A stretch of DNA of 64,000 nucleotides from Acidobacteriota bacterium (GTDB lineage Bacteria > Acidobacteriota > UBA4820 > DSQY01). The stretch is from assembly GCA_049967655.1 (NCBI GenBank), contig JBMFSH010000006.1, positions 57,791-121,790 on the forward strand, written 5' to 3'. Shown here in pieces: positions 28,088 to 37,883 of the stretch (positions are counted from its first letter, which is position 1; each line of letters opens with the position of its first letter). The notes below the pieces were generated by a model. It did not search any database, had not been told where the DNA came from, and worked only from the letters and a program-made list of their open reading frames with translations. The position numbers and the translations under genes are program-made.

Positions 28088-28290
28088 GTCCCCCTTGGAT
28101 GGAAGGTAGCGGTGGAAGGTAGCGGGAGGAGGATGGAAGGAAGATCGGGTGGCTGAAAGGGCCCGGATGGCTGCGGCGGTCGCCGGGCGCCAAAGGCCGG
28201 GGGTCGATGCGGGGCACGCCCCCCCATGCTTCCATGGTACACTCGCCTTCCCCCGGCCGAGGGCCGGAAGACGCGAATGGAGTCTATCTC

Positions 28291-28818
28291 ATGAATCTTC
28301 GTTTTCTCCTGTTCTCGCTTCTCCTCTTTTTGCCCGCCACCTCCATCCTGCTTTGCTCCGCCGTGATTTCGCAGGAGAGCCTCCCCCCGGCCATCCGAAG
28401 CGAGCTGGATCAGGCCTACCCGGGGTGGCAGCCAGCGACGGTATCACCTGACGTGGAGGAGCTCTTCCAGGCCGTCCGGCCGCACGCGCAGCGCTGGCTG
28501 ATTCAGGGAGACTTCACCGGCGAAGGCCACCAGGATGTCGCGGTTCAAATTATCGTCCCCTTCGAGGGGCACGAGGTCCGCGTCGTATCAGCCTTTCTGC
28601 AACGCCCGGGTGGCTACAAACGGGTGGAGCTGGAACGGGGCCAAGTCAACCCCAATATCTACCTTTGGCTTCTGAAACGAGGCCATCGGGATGTGCAGGC
28701 GCACACGGGCCGGCTCTTCACCTTTCCCCGTGACGCCATCGGCGTGGAGAGCACGGGGCCAAGCGTGGCCTATCTCTTCGAGAAGGGCTCTTTCAAGAGG
28801 ATATGGCTCGGCATCTGA
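28291..28818 (+). CDS. Secreted hypothetical protein with one FG-GAP-like motif
   Basis: Signal peptide; GDFTGEGHQDVAV motif. Confidence 0.65.
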   Translation: MNLRFLLFSLLLFLPATSILLCSAVISQESLPPAIRSELDQAYPGWQPATVSPDVEELFQAVRPHAQRWLIQGDFTGEGHQDVAVQIIVPFEGHEVRVVSAFLQRPGGYKRVELERGQVNPNIYLWLLKRGHRDVQAHTGRLFTFPRDAIGVESTGPSVAYLFEKGSFKRIWLGI

Positions 28819-28869
28819 GGGGCTGTGCGCTTCGGATTCAGGCGCTACAGATGCCGCGGGCCAAGCGCC

Positions 28870-31122
28870 CTACTTTCCCGCCGCCGTCTCCCGCGGCACG
28901 ATTTCCGAGAAATCCGCCACCCGGTCGAAGAGGGCCACGAGCCGCTGGAGGAGCGCCAGCCGGTTCCGCTGGAGGGCGCTCTTCGCGGGGTCTTTCCCCT
29001 CGGGATCGCACATCACCAGCACATCGTCGAAGAAGCGGTCCACCGCGGGGCGAAGCCTGGCCAATTCGAGAAGGCCCCCTCCGTAGAGCGAGATCGCAAA
29101 TCGCTCTTCAGCCCCATCTTTAACGGCCTCATAGGCCGAGAAGAGCGCCCGCTCGGCGGCCCCCTCCTTGTCCGATTCGGGGAGAAAAAGACGCGGGTCC
29201 AAAGGAGACTCCGGCATCCCCCTAAGAATATTCTTGGCCCGCTTGAAGGCCACGGCGAGGTGGTCGAAATCTTCCGGGGCACCGTTGCGTACTCCGTGGA
29301 ACTGCTTCAACTTCAGATCGAGCAGCCAGGGGTCGAAGCGATCGCGAGTACCGGCGGCCAACACGGCGTTGATTTCGTCGTAGGGGAAGCCTGAACCCCG
29401 GCCTCCCGCCAAGGCGCGCAGCGCCGCTTGGTGGGCGGAGTGGTCCAGGACCGATGGTGGCTCTTCGAGCACGTCTACCCTTCTTCCCTGCTCCCACAGG
29501 AAGCGCAGGCGTCCTTCTAGGAACTCCATGAGCCCGTCTGGAATGGGACCGAGAGAGGCAAGGAGCGCCCGGAGATCGAAGGAGACGGAATCAGGATGAT
29601 CCACGAGGATGCGCATCACACCCATGCCCGCTCGGCGCAGGGCGAAGGGATCTTTGGAACCTGTGGGAGCCTGGCCGATCCTGAACATCTCGACCAGGCT
29701 GTCCAGCTTGTCCGCGAGCGCCACGCAGGCGCCGACCGCCCCCCGCGGAAGGTCATCCTCCATAAAGAGGGGCCGGTAGTGGTCATAGATGGCATCGGCC
29801 ACCGTCTGGGGGCGCCCCTGCGCCGCCGCATAGATACCGCCCGCGACGCCCTGGAGGCTCGTGAACTCCTTTTCCTGGACCAGCAGGGAGGCCAGGTCGC
29901 ACTTGCAGTGTTTGGCGGCCCAGGCCGCCTCCTCGGCGTTCGCGCCGAAAAGGGCCGCAAGCCTGCGGGCCAGGGATTCCATCCGTAGCGCCTTATCGTA
30001 GTAGCTGCCTAGCTGGGGATGAAAGACGATCCCCTTCAGCGCCTCCAGCCTCTCCTCCAGCGGCACCTTGAGGTCCTGCTCGTAGAAGAAGCGGGCGTCC
30101 GAGAGGCGCGAGCGGGAGACGTTTTCCAGGCCCCTCCGGATGAAGCCCTTGGGATCGTCGGGGCCGTCCATGACGGATAGGAAATGCGGCGACACTGCAT
30201 CTCCGGCCCCGCGCACCACGAAGAAGTTCTGGTGCTCCCGGAGGCAGGTCACCAAGATCTCCGAGGGAAGGGCAAGATACTCGGGTGGTATGCCGCCCGC
30301 GAGAACGGTGGGGAACTCGCACAGGTAGACCAGCTTCTGCAGGAGCTCGGGGTCGCCGTGCACGTGGCCGCCGAGGGCGGAGGCGTGCCGGCTAAGCTCC
30401 TCCTCGATCTTCCGTTTTCGGTCGGCCGGATCGGCCAGGACGCGCTCCCCCCGAAGCGCCTGAAAGTAAGCCTGGGCCGACGGGATCTCGACCTCCGCCG
30501 CCCCGTGAATTCGGTGGCCGCGGCTCGTTCGCCCGGACGTCACGCCCTTGATGGAGAGGGGCACGACCTGGTCATCGAGGAGCGCCGCGACCCAGCGGAC
30601 GGGCCGCACGAAGGTCTGGCTCCCGCTCCCCCAGCGCATGGCCTTGGCGAGGTGGAGGGCATCCACCGCACCTGGGACGACCTCGGCGAGGAGCTCCTCG
30701 GTGGGCCTGCCCTTGACCGTGCGCTCGAAGCCCACGCAGAGTCCCTTGGGGCCCTGGACCTCCCGGCAGTCGGCCAGATCCACGCCCTGCTTGCGGGCGA
30801 AGCCCTCGGCGGCCTTAGTCCACTTCCCGCCGGCATCCCGCGCCACGGCCATGGCTGGGCCCACCACCGTCTCCCGCCGGTCGGGCTGGCGGACGGGCAG
30901 GCCCGGAAGAAGGAAGCCGATGCGGCGCGGCGCGGCGATCATCCTGCCGCCCGCTAGGCGCTCGAAGGGATTGCGACCCGGGTCCGCGACGAGATCGCCG
31001 CCCGTCCAGAGACTCGAAGCCCCGAGCGCTTCTATGACGCGGCCGGCCAGGCTCCAGGCCAGCTCGCGGATCATCCCCGCGGGGATCTCCTCGGTGCCGA
31101 TCTCCAGAAGGAAGTCAGCCAC
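28870..31122 (-). CDS. glyS: Glycine-tRNA ligase beta subunit
   Basis: [15 protein letters not shown]...[31 protein letters not shown]. Confidence 0.96.
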   Translation of the reverse strand: MADFLLEIGTEEIPAGMIRELAWSLAGRVIEALGASSLWTGGDLVADPGRNPFERLAGGRMIAAPRRIGFLLPGLPVRQPDRRETVVGPAMAVARDAGGKWTKAAEGFARKQGVDLADCREVQGPKGLCVGFERTVKGRPTEELLAEVVPGAVDALHLAKAMRWGSGSQTFVRPVRWVAALLDDQVVPLSIKGVTSGRTSRGHRIHGAAEVEIPSAQAYFQALRGERVLADPADRKRKIEEELSRHASALGGHVHGDPELLQKLVYLCEFPTVLAGGIPPEYLALPSEILVTCLREHQNFFVVRGAGDAVSPHFLSVMDGPDDPKGFIRRGLENVSRSRLSDARFFYEQDLKVPLEERLEALKGIVFHPQLGSYYDKALRMESLARRLAALFGANAEEAAWAAKHCKCDLASLLVQEKEFTSLQGVAGGIYAAAQGRPQTVADAIYDHYRPLFMEDDLPRGAVGACVALADKLDSLVEMFRIGQAPTGSKDPFALRRAGMGVMRILVDHPDSVSFDLRALLASLGPIPDGLMEFLEGRLRFLWEQGRRVDVLEEPPSVLDHSAHQAALRALAGGRGSGFPYDEINAVLAAGTRDRFDPWLLDLKLKQFHGVRNGAPEDFDHLAVAFKRAKNILRGMPESPLDPRLFLPESDKEGAAERALFSAYEAVKDGAEERFAISLYGGGLLELARLRPAVDRFFDDVLVMCDPEGKDPAKSALQRNRLALLQRLVALFDRVADFSEIVPRETAAGK

Positions 31123-31984
31123 GGGCCACCTCCTGTGCGGGCTCGAACTGCTTCACGTAGGCCGCGGCGCAGGCGCAGGCCAGGCGGCGCACCCGCTTGA
31201 TGTAGTCGGCGCGGGCCGCCACCGAGATGGCCCCCCGCGCGTCCAGGATGTTGAAGGCATGGCTCGCCTTCAAGCAGAAGTCATAGGCTGGGAGGTAGAG
31301 CGCCTTCTCTACCAGGCGCCGGCTCTCGGCCTCGTACTGCTCGAACCAAGCGGCCGTCAGGTCGGTCCTGGCCTCCTCGAAGTCGTAGACGGAGAACTGG
31401 CGCTCCGCCTCCCTCCGCATGTCCCCATAGCTGAAATGCTCGTTCCACGGGATGTCGTAGACGTTCCCGATGCCGTTGAGGAACATGCAGAGCCGCTCGA
31501 TGCCGTAGGTGATCTCCACCGTGATGGGCTTGAGCTCGAAGCCTCCCGCCTGCTGGAAGTAGGTGAACTGGGTGATTTCCGTGCCGTCCAGCATGACCTG
31601 CCAGCCCACGCCCCAGGCGCCGAGCGTGGGGGCCTCCCAGTTGTCCTCCTCGAACTTCAGGTCGTGCTCTCTCAGCACGATGCCGAAGGACTCCAAGCTC
31701 CGCAGGTAGCGCTCCTGGATGTCGTCGGGGCTGGGCTTCATGATGACCTGGAACTGGTGGTGCTTCTCCACGCGCTGGGGATTCTCGCCGTAGCGCCCGT
31801 CCCGCGGCCGACGGCACGGCTCCACGTAGGCGCTCGCGTAGGGCTGCGGCCCCAGCACGCGGAGGAAGGTCTCGGGGTTCATGGTCCCGGCCCCCTTCTC
31901 CAGGTCGTACGGCTCGGCGATGAGGCAGCCCTCACCGGCCCAGAAGTGCTTCATCCTCTCGATGAGTTCCTGCATGCTGACCAT
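31115..31984 (-). CDS. glyQ: Glycine-tRNA ligase alpha subunit
   Basis: [49 protein letters not shown]. Confidence 0.97.
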   Translation of the reverse strand: MVSMQELIERMKHFWAGEGCLIAEPYDLEKGAGTMNPETFLRVLGPQPYASAYVEPCRRPRDGRYGENPQRVEKHHQFQVIMKPSPDDIQERYLRSLESFGIVLREHDLKFEEDNWEAPTLGAWGVGWQVMLDGTEITQFTYFQQAGGFELKPITVEITYGIERLCMFLNGIGNVYDIPWNEHFSYGDMRREAERQFSVYDFEEARTDLTAAWFEQYEAESRRLVEKALYLPAYDFCLKASHAFNILDARGAISVAARADYIKRVRRLACACAAAYVKQFEPAQEVARG

Positions 31985-32039
31985 GGTCGTCTCCGCTTCC
32001 TTCCCGCGGTCCTGTCCCGTGGATCCCGCCGGCCAAGGC

Positions 32040-32801
32040 TCAAGGCCCTGCCGCGCCCCCGAGGCCCGCGAGCGCCGGCCAGGTGGCCAACGGCCGTCCC
32101 AGATAGGCGGCGAGCGCCCAATATACCATACCCGACAGGGCCGAGAGGGCCTCCCGCGGGAACTCCCGCCGGGCCAGCGAGGCCAGGGGCGACCGGAAGA
32201 CCGCCTCCAGAAGGGAAGCCATGGGGCCCGTAAGAGCGCGTCCCTCGGCCGGCCGCTGCTGTTGGCAGCGGGGGCAGCGCCACTCCCCGGCCCCGAGGTC
32301 CAGCAGGAGCGGGTAGCCCTGGGCACCGCAGGCCACGCACCCCTCCGGCCTCGGAAACACCCCGTGCAGCCGGAGGAGCCAGGCGGAGAAGTAGACCCAG
32401 GCCAGCAGGGGCGGCGCTCCAGCCCGCAGCCCCGCCAGCACGGCGCCCAGCAGCCGGTAGCTCTCCTCCTCCGCGGCATGGGCCGGCAGGGCGCGCTCCA
32501 GGGTCTCGCCCATGCCCATGAGCACGGCCGCCTCGGGCCAGCGGCCGTGGAGGTCCAGCGAGCCCTCCAGCAGCTCGGCCGACCTGAGGGCTCCCAGTTC
32601 GCGCCCCTCCCTCAGCACCACCTCCACGCGCACCCGGCTCAGCGGCTCAAGGGCGCCGCGGAAGGGGGAGGCGGTTCGTCTGGCCCCCTTGGCCACGGCC
32701 CGCACGACCCCCTCCTCCCGCGTGAAGAGGGTGACGATCCAGGAGGACTCGGTGAGAGGATGCCGCAGGAGGATGAAGGCCTCGGAAGTCACAAGGGGCA
32801 T
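32040..32801 (-). CDS. recO: DNA repair protein RecO
   Basis: IVTLFTRE.G...AVAKGARR, CxxC...CxxC zinc finger; typical recO-glyQ-glyS order. Confidence 0.9.
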   Translation of the reverse strand: MPLVTSEAFILLRHPLTESSWIVTLFTREEGVVRAVAKGARRTASPFRGALEPLSRVRVEVVLREGRELGALRSAELLEGSLDLHGRWPEAAVLMGMGETLERALPAHAAEEESYRLLGAVLAGLRAGAPPLLAWVYFSAWLLRLHGVFPRPEGCVACGAQGYPLLLDLGAGEWRCPRCQQQRPAEGRALTGPMASLLEAVFRSPLASLARREFPREALSALSGMVYWALAAYLGRPLATWPALAGLGGAAGP

Positions 32802-32813
32802 GAGACGGAGCAC

Positions 32814-34148
32814 TTACCCGGGCGGGTGCGGTGGAGGTTGGGCTTCTCCCTGTTGGTTCAGGGCCAGTCCCACCACGAAGAAGATGAGGGTCGCCACCTC
32901 GGCGTCCCCCACGTTGAATTCGAAGAAGCCTCCCACGAGGATCGCCGTCAGGGCCGCCATGGCCCCATACCGCAAGACGGGGTCCGGCTGGGCAGCAATC
33001 CTTCGGAAAGCCGCCACCACGAAGGCGAAAAAGAGTATCAGCCCCAGAAGCCCCGACTGAATAGCGATCATAAGGTAGATGTTGTGGGCGTGGCTCACGG
33101 TCTGGAAACCGATATGGGTGGGGTAATGGATGAAGTGGGCGTAGGGCGCCTTGTAGGGGCCGGCGGTCTCCTTGTAAATGCCGGGCCCCCATCCGATGAG
33201 GGGTCTGTCCTGCCACATGTGGAAGCCCGAAATCCACAAGTAGATGCGTTCGGCAACGCTGGGGTTCCTCAGATTCCAGGCGTCGGCCAGGCGCTCTCGA
33301 ACCTCAGGAGGCCCAGCCAAGAGCGTTACGACTCCTCCTAGCAATACCACCGCCACCACTGCCAACACCGCCTTTTTCCCCTTCCTCCAGAATAGAACAG
33401 CCAAGGCCGGCAAGGCCGCCACAAAGTAGGTGCGCGCCAGGCTGAAAAAGAGGCCCAGCGCCGAGAACCCAGCGGCCATCCACCAGAACCAGGAGATCCG
33501 GAAAGAGGACAAGAGCGAACCCAAGATGGACCTTCCCCTTCCCTCCGCGGAAACCGGGTTCTTGAAGCCCGAAGACGGCCTGATCGGGTCCTGCGGCGCG
33601 GCTTCTCCTCCGACTTCCACCCCTTCAGCTCCGTTTCCGTAGAGGGCCCTGGCCCCGAAGAGGCAGAGGCAGACCGTGATGACCCCGGCGTAAGTCAGAT
33701 GGGTACTGAAATACGCATAGGCGTTAACCTGGCCGAAGGGTACGGGTTGGGACAGGAGATGATGGTGAAAGTCGGTTCCCAAAAAGAATTCCGCTGCGGC
33801 CATGGGCACCGTCAGCAGGGCACCAGCGGCCAGGAAGTCGAGGTAGCAGCGGAAGTGTCTGCGCACCGCCCACGGGAGAGAGGCCCCCACGAAGAGGGCC
33901 GACCAGGACCAGTGGTTGAGCACACCTACAAGGGCGTCGTAGCGTAGGGGGCTGAAGAGCGCCGAGAGAACATTGGCCGCCAGGTAGGCGATCAAAAGCC
34001 ACTCAGGCGTTGTGGGCCGCCACCGGCCGCGGACCATCCGCCAGAGAAAGAAGAGGCTTAGCCCTCCCTGCCCCGCGTTGATGGCCGCCAAACTTAGGCA
34101 GGAGGCGGCTCCGAGAAGATAGAAAAAGAAGAGCTCAAGGGCTATCAC
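32814..34148 (-). CDS. O-antigen ligase-like (Wzy_C) membrane protein
   Basis: Multiple TM segments, R..LW......DRPLIGWGPG and HAHNIYL motifs. Confidence 0.82.
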   Translation of the reverse strand: MIALELFFFYLLGAASCLSLAAINAGQGGLSLFFLWRMVRGRWRPTTPEWLLIAYLAANVLSALFSPLRYDALVGVLNHWSWSALFVGASLPWAVRRHFRCYLDFLAAGALLTVPMAAAEFFLGTDFHHHLLSQPVPFGQVNAYAYFSTHLTYAGVITVCLCLFGARALYGNGAEGVEVGGEAAPQDPIRPSSGFKNPVSAEGRGRSILGSLLSSFRISWFWWMAAGFSALGLFFSLARTYFVAALPALAVLFWRKGKKAVLAVVAVVLLGGVVTLLAGPPEVRERLADAWNLRNPSVAERIYLWISGFHMWQDRPLIGWGPGIYKETAGPYKAPYAHFIHYPTHIGFQTVSHAHNIYLMIAIQSGLLGLILFFAFVVAAFRRIAAQPDPVLRYGAMAALTAILVGGFFEFNVGDAEVATLIFFVVGLALNQQGEAQPPPHPPG

Positions 34149-35277
34149 GAAAGGCCTCGTAGCGGGTCACGACGAACTCCTTCATCTCGCGGACGTACCG
34201 CTCGGCGTTGAAGCGCGCGGCGTTGGCGGTCATGGCGCGGGTCTGGAAGAGGTGCTGTTTGCGATCAAACTCGGCCATGGCCTGGGCCAGCGATTCGGCC
34301 GAGGGCTCCGCGAAGAACAGTCCGGTGGCCGCTCCGAAATCGCCGCCATCGGGCGGGACCACCGTCTCCAGCGCGCCGCCCCTGGCGTAGGCGATCACCG
34401 GCGTCCCCGCCGCCTGTGCCTCCACGGGTGCGATGCCGAAATCCTCCTCGCCGCAGAAGAGCAGGGCCCTGGCTTGGGCCAACTCCTCAGCCACGGCCGC
34501 GTCCGGCAGACGCCCCAGAAAGGAGACGGTGGGGCCGGCCAGCCGCTTCAGCCGCTCCATCTCGGGCCCGTCGCCCACCACTCGGAGCGGCAGCCCCAGC
34601 CGCGTGCAGGCCACCACGGCGAGATCCGTCCTCTTGTACGGCACCATGCGCCCCACGACGAGGAAGGCCTCCCTCCGCTTCTCCGCGGGAGAGAAGCGCT
34701 CCACCTCCACGGGCGGATAGATCACCGTCGCCTCCCTGTCGTAAATCCTGCGGATGCGGCGCGCCACGTTCCGCGAGTTGGCCGCATAGGCATCCGCCCT
34801 CCTCCCCGCCAGGGCGTCCCACTGGCGGATGTAGTGGAGCACGGCCCGGGCGGCCCACGACCGGGCACCTGTCGTTAGACCGCTCAGGCGGAGGTATGGT
34901 TTATACAGATCCCAGGCGTAGCGCATCGGCGTGTGGCAATAGCAGAGATGGAGGGCGTCGGAGCGCACCAGGGCCCCATGGGCCACGCTGTGCGAGAAGG
35001 AGAGGACCACCTCCGCCTCGTCCAGATCGAGCTGCTCGACGGCGAACGGGAAGAGGGCCAGGAACGTGCGGTAGCGATTTCGAAAAAGCGGCCGGTTCAG
35101 GAAGGTGGTGTGGATGATGCGGTCCCCGATGACCGAGTTCTCGAACTGTCTGGGGTCATAGAAGAGCGTGTGGACGGGGGCCTCCGGGAACAGGGTGCAG
35201 AGGAGTTCCAGACAGCGCTCGGCCCCGCCGTAATCCACCAGCCAGTCCTGGACGAAGGCGATCTTCGGCTCAGCCAA
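34135..35277 (-). CDS. GT4 glycosyltransferase (WbaZ-like mannosyltransferase type)
   Basis: DWL...GGAE, CYCHTPMRYAWD, EDFGI.PVEAQA.G.PVIA; TTG start overlapping the upstream stop. Confidence 0.9.
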   Translation of the reverse strand: MAEPKIAFVQDWLVDYGGAERCLELLCTLFPEAPVHTLFYDPRQFENSVIGDRIIHTTFLNRPLFRNRYRTFLALFPFAVEQLDLDEAEVVLSFSHSVAHGALVRSDALHLCYCHTPMRYAWDLYKPYLRLSGLTTGARSWAARAVLHYIRQWDALAGRRADAYAANSRNVARRIRRIYDREATVIYPPVEVERFSPAEKRREAFLVVGRMVPYKRTDLAVVACTRLGLPLRVVGDGPEMERLKRLAGPTVSFLGRLPDAAVAEELAQARALLFCGEEDFGIAPVEAQAAGTPVIAYARGGALETVVPPDGGDFGAATGLFFAEPSAESLAQAMAEFDRKQHLFQTRAMTANAARFNAERYVREMKEFVVTRYEAFRDSP

Positions 35278-36406
35278 GGGCGAACTCCACGATCTCCCGA
35301 AGGCGGTGCTCCGGGTTGAAGAGCGCCTCCACCCGGGCCCGTCCGGCCTCTCCCATCCGCGCCCGGAGCGCCGGGTCCGCCAGCAGGGGCTCCACGGCAC
35401 GGCGAAGGGCAGCGGCGTCCTTCTCCGCGTGGAAGCCGGTGACCCCGTGCTCCACGATCTCCGGCAGTCCGCCGCTCCGCGTGACCACCACCGGGAGGGT
35501 GCGGGCCATGCCCTCCACGGCCACCAGACCGAAGGGTTCCTCCCAGAGGGACGGTACCACCAAGACGTCCAGGGCGTCCAGGAAGGCCATGGATTCGACC
35601 ATTCGCCCGGTGATGACCACCCTCGAAGGCTCCGCGGCGGCCGCCGCCGCCCGCACCCGCGTCTCCTCGGCGGGGTCCTCGAAGTCGGCCGCCCCGGCCA
35701 CGAGGAGCTTGAGGCGCGGATAGGCCGGCAGCAAGGGAAGGAGGGCCTCCAGGAAGAGGCGCTGGCCCTTGGTCCGAGAGATGCGTCCCAGGACACCCAC
35801 CGCCAGATCGTGCGGCAGGAGCCCGAAGCTCTGCCTGGCCGCGGCCCGCTCCGGGGGCTCCTTCAGAAACCGCGGGCTCACCCAGTAGAAGATGGTCCTG
35901 CCCTTGTCTCCGCAAACGACCCGGAAGGGGGCGGCCACCGCCGAGGAGCAGAAGACCACGCGGCGCACCTCGGGCCGCCGGAAGCACCAGCTCAAGAGCC
36001 GGTGCTCCAGCCCCCGCTCGAAGATGAGGTGGAGGCCGCAGGTCACGGGCGTCCCGGTGTGCCGCGCGGCCAGCACGGCGGGGAGGAAGGTCCTGGGCGC
36101 GTTGGCGTAGATCAGGTCGGCCGGGTCGGCTTCCAGAAACCGCCGCAGCATCTTCGCCGCCCGTCGGGCATGGATCGGATAGGCGAGCTTCTCCGAGATC
36201 GGCTTTCGGCCGGGTGTCATGTCGGGAATGGGAAGGGGCCGCACGGGAAATCCCGCCGCCTCTAGGCTCTCCGACGCCGTGCCCCGCCCCGGAAGAAACA
36301 CCGTGACCCGATGGCCGGCCAGGCGGAAGGCCTCGGCCAAGTCCATCAGGATGCGCTGCCCGCCGCCGAGACCCGCGTACTGGTCCAGCAAGATCACGTG
36401 AGCCAT
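35270..36406 (-). CDS. GT4 glycosyltransferase
   Basis: GGGQR, GRIS..KGQ, PSLWEEPFGLV.VEGMA...PVV...GG..E. Confidence 0.9.
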   Translation of the reverse strand: MAHVILLDQYAGLGGGQRILMDLAEAFRLAGHRVTVFLPGRGTASESLEAAGFPVRPLPIPDMTPGRKPISEKLAYPIHARRAAKMLRRFLEADPADLIYANAPRTFLPAVLAARHTGTPVTCGLHLIFERGLEHRLLSWCFRRPEVRRVVFCSSAVAAPFRVVCGDKGRTIFYWVSPRFLKEPPERAAARQSFGLLPHDLAVGVLGRISRTKGQRLFLEALLPLLPAYPRLKLLVAGAADFEDPAEETRVRAAAAAAEPSRVVITGRMVESMAFLDALDVLVVPSLWEEPFGLVAVEGMARTLPVVVTRSGGLPEIVEHGVTGFHAEKDAAALRRAVEPLLADPALRARMGEAGRARVEALFNPEHRLREIVEFALG

Positions 36407-36594
36407 GGGTCCCAGGATACCCTGGTGGTAAGGCTCAGGGCAAGCACCAGGTGAGTACGGTGGAGAGTGGAGGGCGGAGGGCCTGGGCCGCTGCCTCTCC
36501 ATTCCGAACGGCGGTTCCCATCGCGCCGGATGTCAGGGAACCAATCGGCCCCTTTCCGGTCTGATGAGCCAGGTCAGGAGAAAGGAGGTGGCCC

Positions 36595-37296
36595 GTGTTC
36601 GAAACCGTCCTGGAGAGACCGAAGGGAGCCGCGACGAGGGGGATGAAGGCGCTGCCGGCGGCGGTCATGGTCCATTTGGCGCTGGCCGCCGCGCTTCTGC
36701 TCGCCGCCCTCTTGGCGCCCATCCACCTTGAGCCGCCGCCCTTCCGGTTGACGGGAGTCATCATCCCCGTGACGCTCGCGTCCGTAGGGAGCGCCAAGGC
36801 GCCCGCCGAGCGGCCGGCGATCCGCAAACCGGCCACCGAACCCCATGGGCTCACCGCCCCCACCGAAGTCCCCAAGGGACTGTCCAAGGGCCGGCCGGCC
36901 TCGGAAGAAACACCCGCCGAGGCGGGGCCGGGCATCCCCGGCGGAGTGCCCGTCGAGCTTCTGGGGCAGGGCGGCCCTCCCGCCACGGCGCAACCTCAAG
37001 CCCCCAAGATCCTGCCCGCCTGGGCCGTCACGGCGCCGCACCTAGTGCGCCAGGTTACCCCGGCCTATCCGGAGGCCGCTCGGGCCATGGGCCTGACGGG
37101 CAAGGTCCTGCTGCAGATCGTCGTGAACCAGGAGGGACGGGTGGTGAGCGTGGAGGTCATGCAGGCGAGCAACCCTATCTTCGTCGATTCCGCCGTCGCA
37201 GCCGTCCGACAATGGCAGTACAGCCACCCCATCGACGCCGGAGGCCAGTCCGTCGCCTGCTACGTCACCGTGCTGGTGAGCTTCGCCATGGAGTGA
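36595..37296 (+). CDS. Stand-alone TonB-family energy transducer
   Basis: TM with V.VH, Pro-rich linker, P.YP..AR...G.V.L...V...G.V TonB C-terminal domain. Confidence 0.85.
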   Translation: MFETVLERPKGAATRGMKALPAAVMVHLALAAALLLAALLAPIHLEPPPFRLTGVIIPVTLASVGSAKAPAERPAIRKPATEPHGLTAPTEVPKGLSKGRPASEETPAEAGPGIPGGVPVELLGQGGPPATAQPQAPKILPAWAVTAPHLVRQVTPAYPEAARAMGLTGKVLLQIVVNQEGRVVSVEVMQASNPIFVDSAVAAVRQWQYSHPIDAGGQSVACYVTVLVSFAME

Positions 37297-37527
37297 GAGG
37301 GGCCTGCCGCTGGGACTCTCAGCGATGACAAAACGAGAACGCCGTTCTCGATTTGCACAGAACTTCGTACCCCCCCCCGCAAGGGCCTTACTCTTGAGAA
37401 ACCAATGGGTTGCTAACCATGACAGGCAAGAAGAGAGGACAGGACGTAACCTCCGTACACGTTGCCCTATTTGATCGTCGCCTTGCCAACCATTGATTTT
37501 CCTGGCAATTTCATGCACCCTCGCATC

Positions 37528-37543
37528 TGGAATGTATTTTGCT
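37528..37543 (+). promoter_or_regulatory. sigma54-type (-24/-12) promoter
   Basis: TGGAATGTATTTTGCT = GG-N10-GC with TTTGCT -12 box; IHF-like sites at 37400-37412 and 37486-37498. Confidence 0.55.
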
Positions 37544-37605
37544 AAACCACTTCATGGAGTCGGGGCAGGGGAAAAATCTTGGCCAAAAAGCAAAGGAGGT
37601 AGCCC

Positions 37606-37803
37606 ATGAAGCAGAAACTCTCTCTTGTGGCCATCGCTTTGGGACTGTTCATAGCGGTGCTGACTCTTTTCTCGCTGCGTACTCAGGCGGCCCAGACTAC
37701 CAGGTGCTGGCCTGGGTACATCTCCGATTTCCAATATACCTGTAGTCCGGAGGCTAGCTTGAATTGCACCGGCTGTTCGGTCGTCATCACGAAAACGCCA
37801 TAA
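37606..37803 (+). CDS. Small secreted Cys-rich peptide (65 aa precursor)
   Basis: Strong AAGGAGG RBS; Sec signal ending TQA/A; mature part has 4 Cys including CTGC. Confidence 0.8.
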   Translation: MKQKLSLVAIALGLFIAVLTLFSLRTQAAQTTRCWPGYISDFQYTCSPEASLNCTGCSVVITKTP

Positions 37804-37883
37804 GGCTTCCCTCAAGCTTACCAAACGGAACTGGCCGCGCAGGAACGCCCCCCCGGGCTCCCCACCTTGCGCGGAGGAATCTC

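Noticed and set aside
37539..37745. Alternative overlapping ORFs at the peptide locus (37539-37745 plus, 37552-37824 minus)
   Set aside because: No RBS or protein features, unlike 37606-37803, which has AAGGAGG and a clear signal peptide
37606..37803. Peptide as lanthipeptide, sactipeptide or ranthipeptide precursor
   Set aside because: Leader is a Sec signal, not double-glycine, and no LanM, radical SAM or YcaO gene is in the window
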